Below, in pieces: positions 62,974 through 64,000 of a DNA stretch of 64,000 nt. The DNA is taken from positions 32,001 to 96,000 of the forward strand of contig CAVPXI010000023.1 in the NCBI GenBank assembly GCA_963709585.1. Reading direction: 5' to 3'. Position numbers and translations under genes: made by a program. Positions within the stretch are counted from its first letter, which is position 1. The number at the start of each line of letters is the position of its first letter. The stretch comes from Candidatus Dormiibacterota bacterium (GTDB lineage: Bacteria > Chloroflexota > Dormibacteria > Aeolococcales > Aeolococcaceae). The notes beneath the pieces are model-generated. The model did no database searches, was not told where the DNA came from, and was given only the letters and a program-made list of their open reading frames with translations.

Positions 62974-63964
62974 TCAGGAGGTGTAGGCGGGATTCAAGAC
63001 GGTAGCGTCAAACGTGTAAGTGCCACCAATGTTGTTCCACCAATTGGTCCACGCTGCACCGCGTGCGTGGCACGAAGCGGTCGGGGTTGCTCTATAGACC
63101 GCTAGCACGACAGTTGTGGTGCAGGTTGCGAGTCTCCCCCCGGACGAGTTCGTGATCGTCATGGTCACTGTCGCGGTACCACTTCCAGCGTCTGAACCGA
63201 CGACCGCCGTGAGGGTGCAACCCGCACTGTTGCAGCCGTGGGCATCCACCGAGGAGATGTAGAAGTGCGGCGGCATGGTCACGAGGTCTGGCGTGACGTA
63301 GTCGGTCGGAATCGCAATCGTGACTGGAGAGTTGAAGCCGTCGAAGATGATGTCCACGTCTGAGAACCTGCCAACCAGATAGTGCGCGGCGGTGGTGATC
63401 TCCAGGATGTTGTGAGGAGTCGACGCTGCGAGAACGACGCTGCCCGAGGCATCGCTGAGCCGTATCCCCGCGCGCCCGTGCGAGTGCTTGCCCGAAGTCC
63501 GAGTGAGACCCGTGCGTCCGGACAGGAATGTCGACTCCAAAAGGCCGGGGCTGAGTATTGCCAGCACCGCGGCAGCCGACGCTGAGCCACCAGTCCGAAA
63601 CCACGGCGGCCCCTTCAGACTGGCCGCCAGCGTAGCGACGCTCGGGAACCCCGCGGTCACGAAAGGCGCCAGCGAATCAAAGTACGTGGCCCCGTCTGCG
63701 GAGACGAACGGTGAATCCGCGCCGTCGAGGGTGAGGGTACCGGAAGCGTTGCTGTTGTGGAGCATCGACGCTTGCACCGAGCCATCGAGCCCGTCAACAG
63801 TGAATGACCCCTCGACCTGCGTCGACTGAAGTGCCATAAGCGATTGCACGCCCCGCGGCCAGAAGCTGGCTCGGGGTCACGGACGGAACGGTGGGCTTGC
63901 TTGCGCATGCGGCCATCGCCAGAACCAGGCCAACGCCGACTGCGACCCTGCGCGTAGCCCTCAT
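62974..63964 (-). CDS. Lipoprotein (frameshift near 63850)
   Basis: MRATRRVAVGVGLVLAMAAC lipobox from ATG 63964 joins ORF 62974-63849. Confidence 0.65.
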
Positions 63965-64000
63965 AGTCCTCTTGCCCTCCCTCGGTGAGGTGCCAGGTGG

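Noticed and set aside
55211-64000. tRNA-Leu as the integration site of a second island
   Set aside because: No integrase and no duplicate of the tRNA 3' end seen within the window

Overview
High-GC Terrabacteria-type chromosomal window. It is plausibly Chloroflexota-related or Ca. Dormibacterota, inferred from 16S character and gene content but not verified. 1-24.4 kb is housekeeping: trpEGCFBA-aroA (no trpD), fpg/nei, NUDIX, MoaD-like/mnmA, an isolated nuoJKLMN-like cluster that has lost nearly all conserved proton-channel Glu/Lys/His residues, galK, plsY, a large SRP RNA, and dnaX-ybaB-recR. 26.2-33.7 kb is a complete rRNA operon with four group I introns: one in 16S after U1498 and three in 23S after U1917, U1931 and U1951. 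Two encode LAGLIDADG endonucleases and one apparently ends in A. The 3' end of the 5S rRNA gene is an attachment site. Its core (TTGCCGGGTATCTCT) recurs five times between 33.7 and 47.8 kb, nearly always with two arm motifs at fixed spacing. These sites delimit a ~9 kb phiRv2-like phage satellite (tyrosine integrase, DUF3631, HNH, TerL, capsid, protease; no portal) and several integrase-less cassettes, an integron-like array anchored on 5S rRNA. The remainder is an accessory region of lipoproteins, secreted proteins, regulators, tRNA-Leu and a cyclase-AAA-TPR gene. Many single-base frameshifts, including in core genes, point to sequencing or assembly indels.
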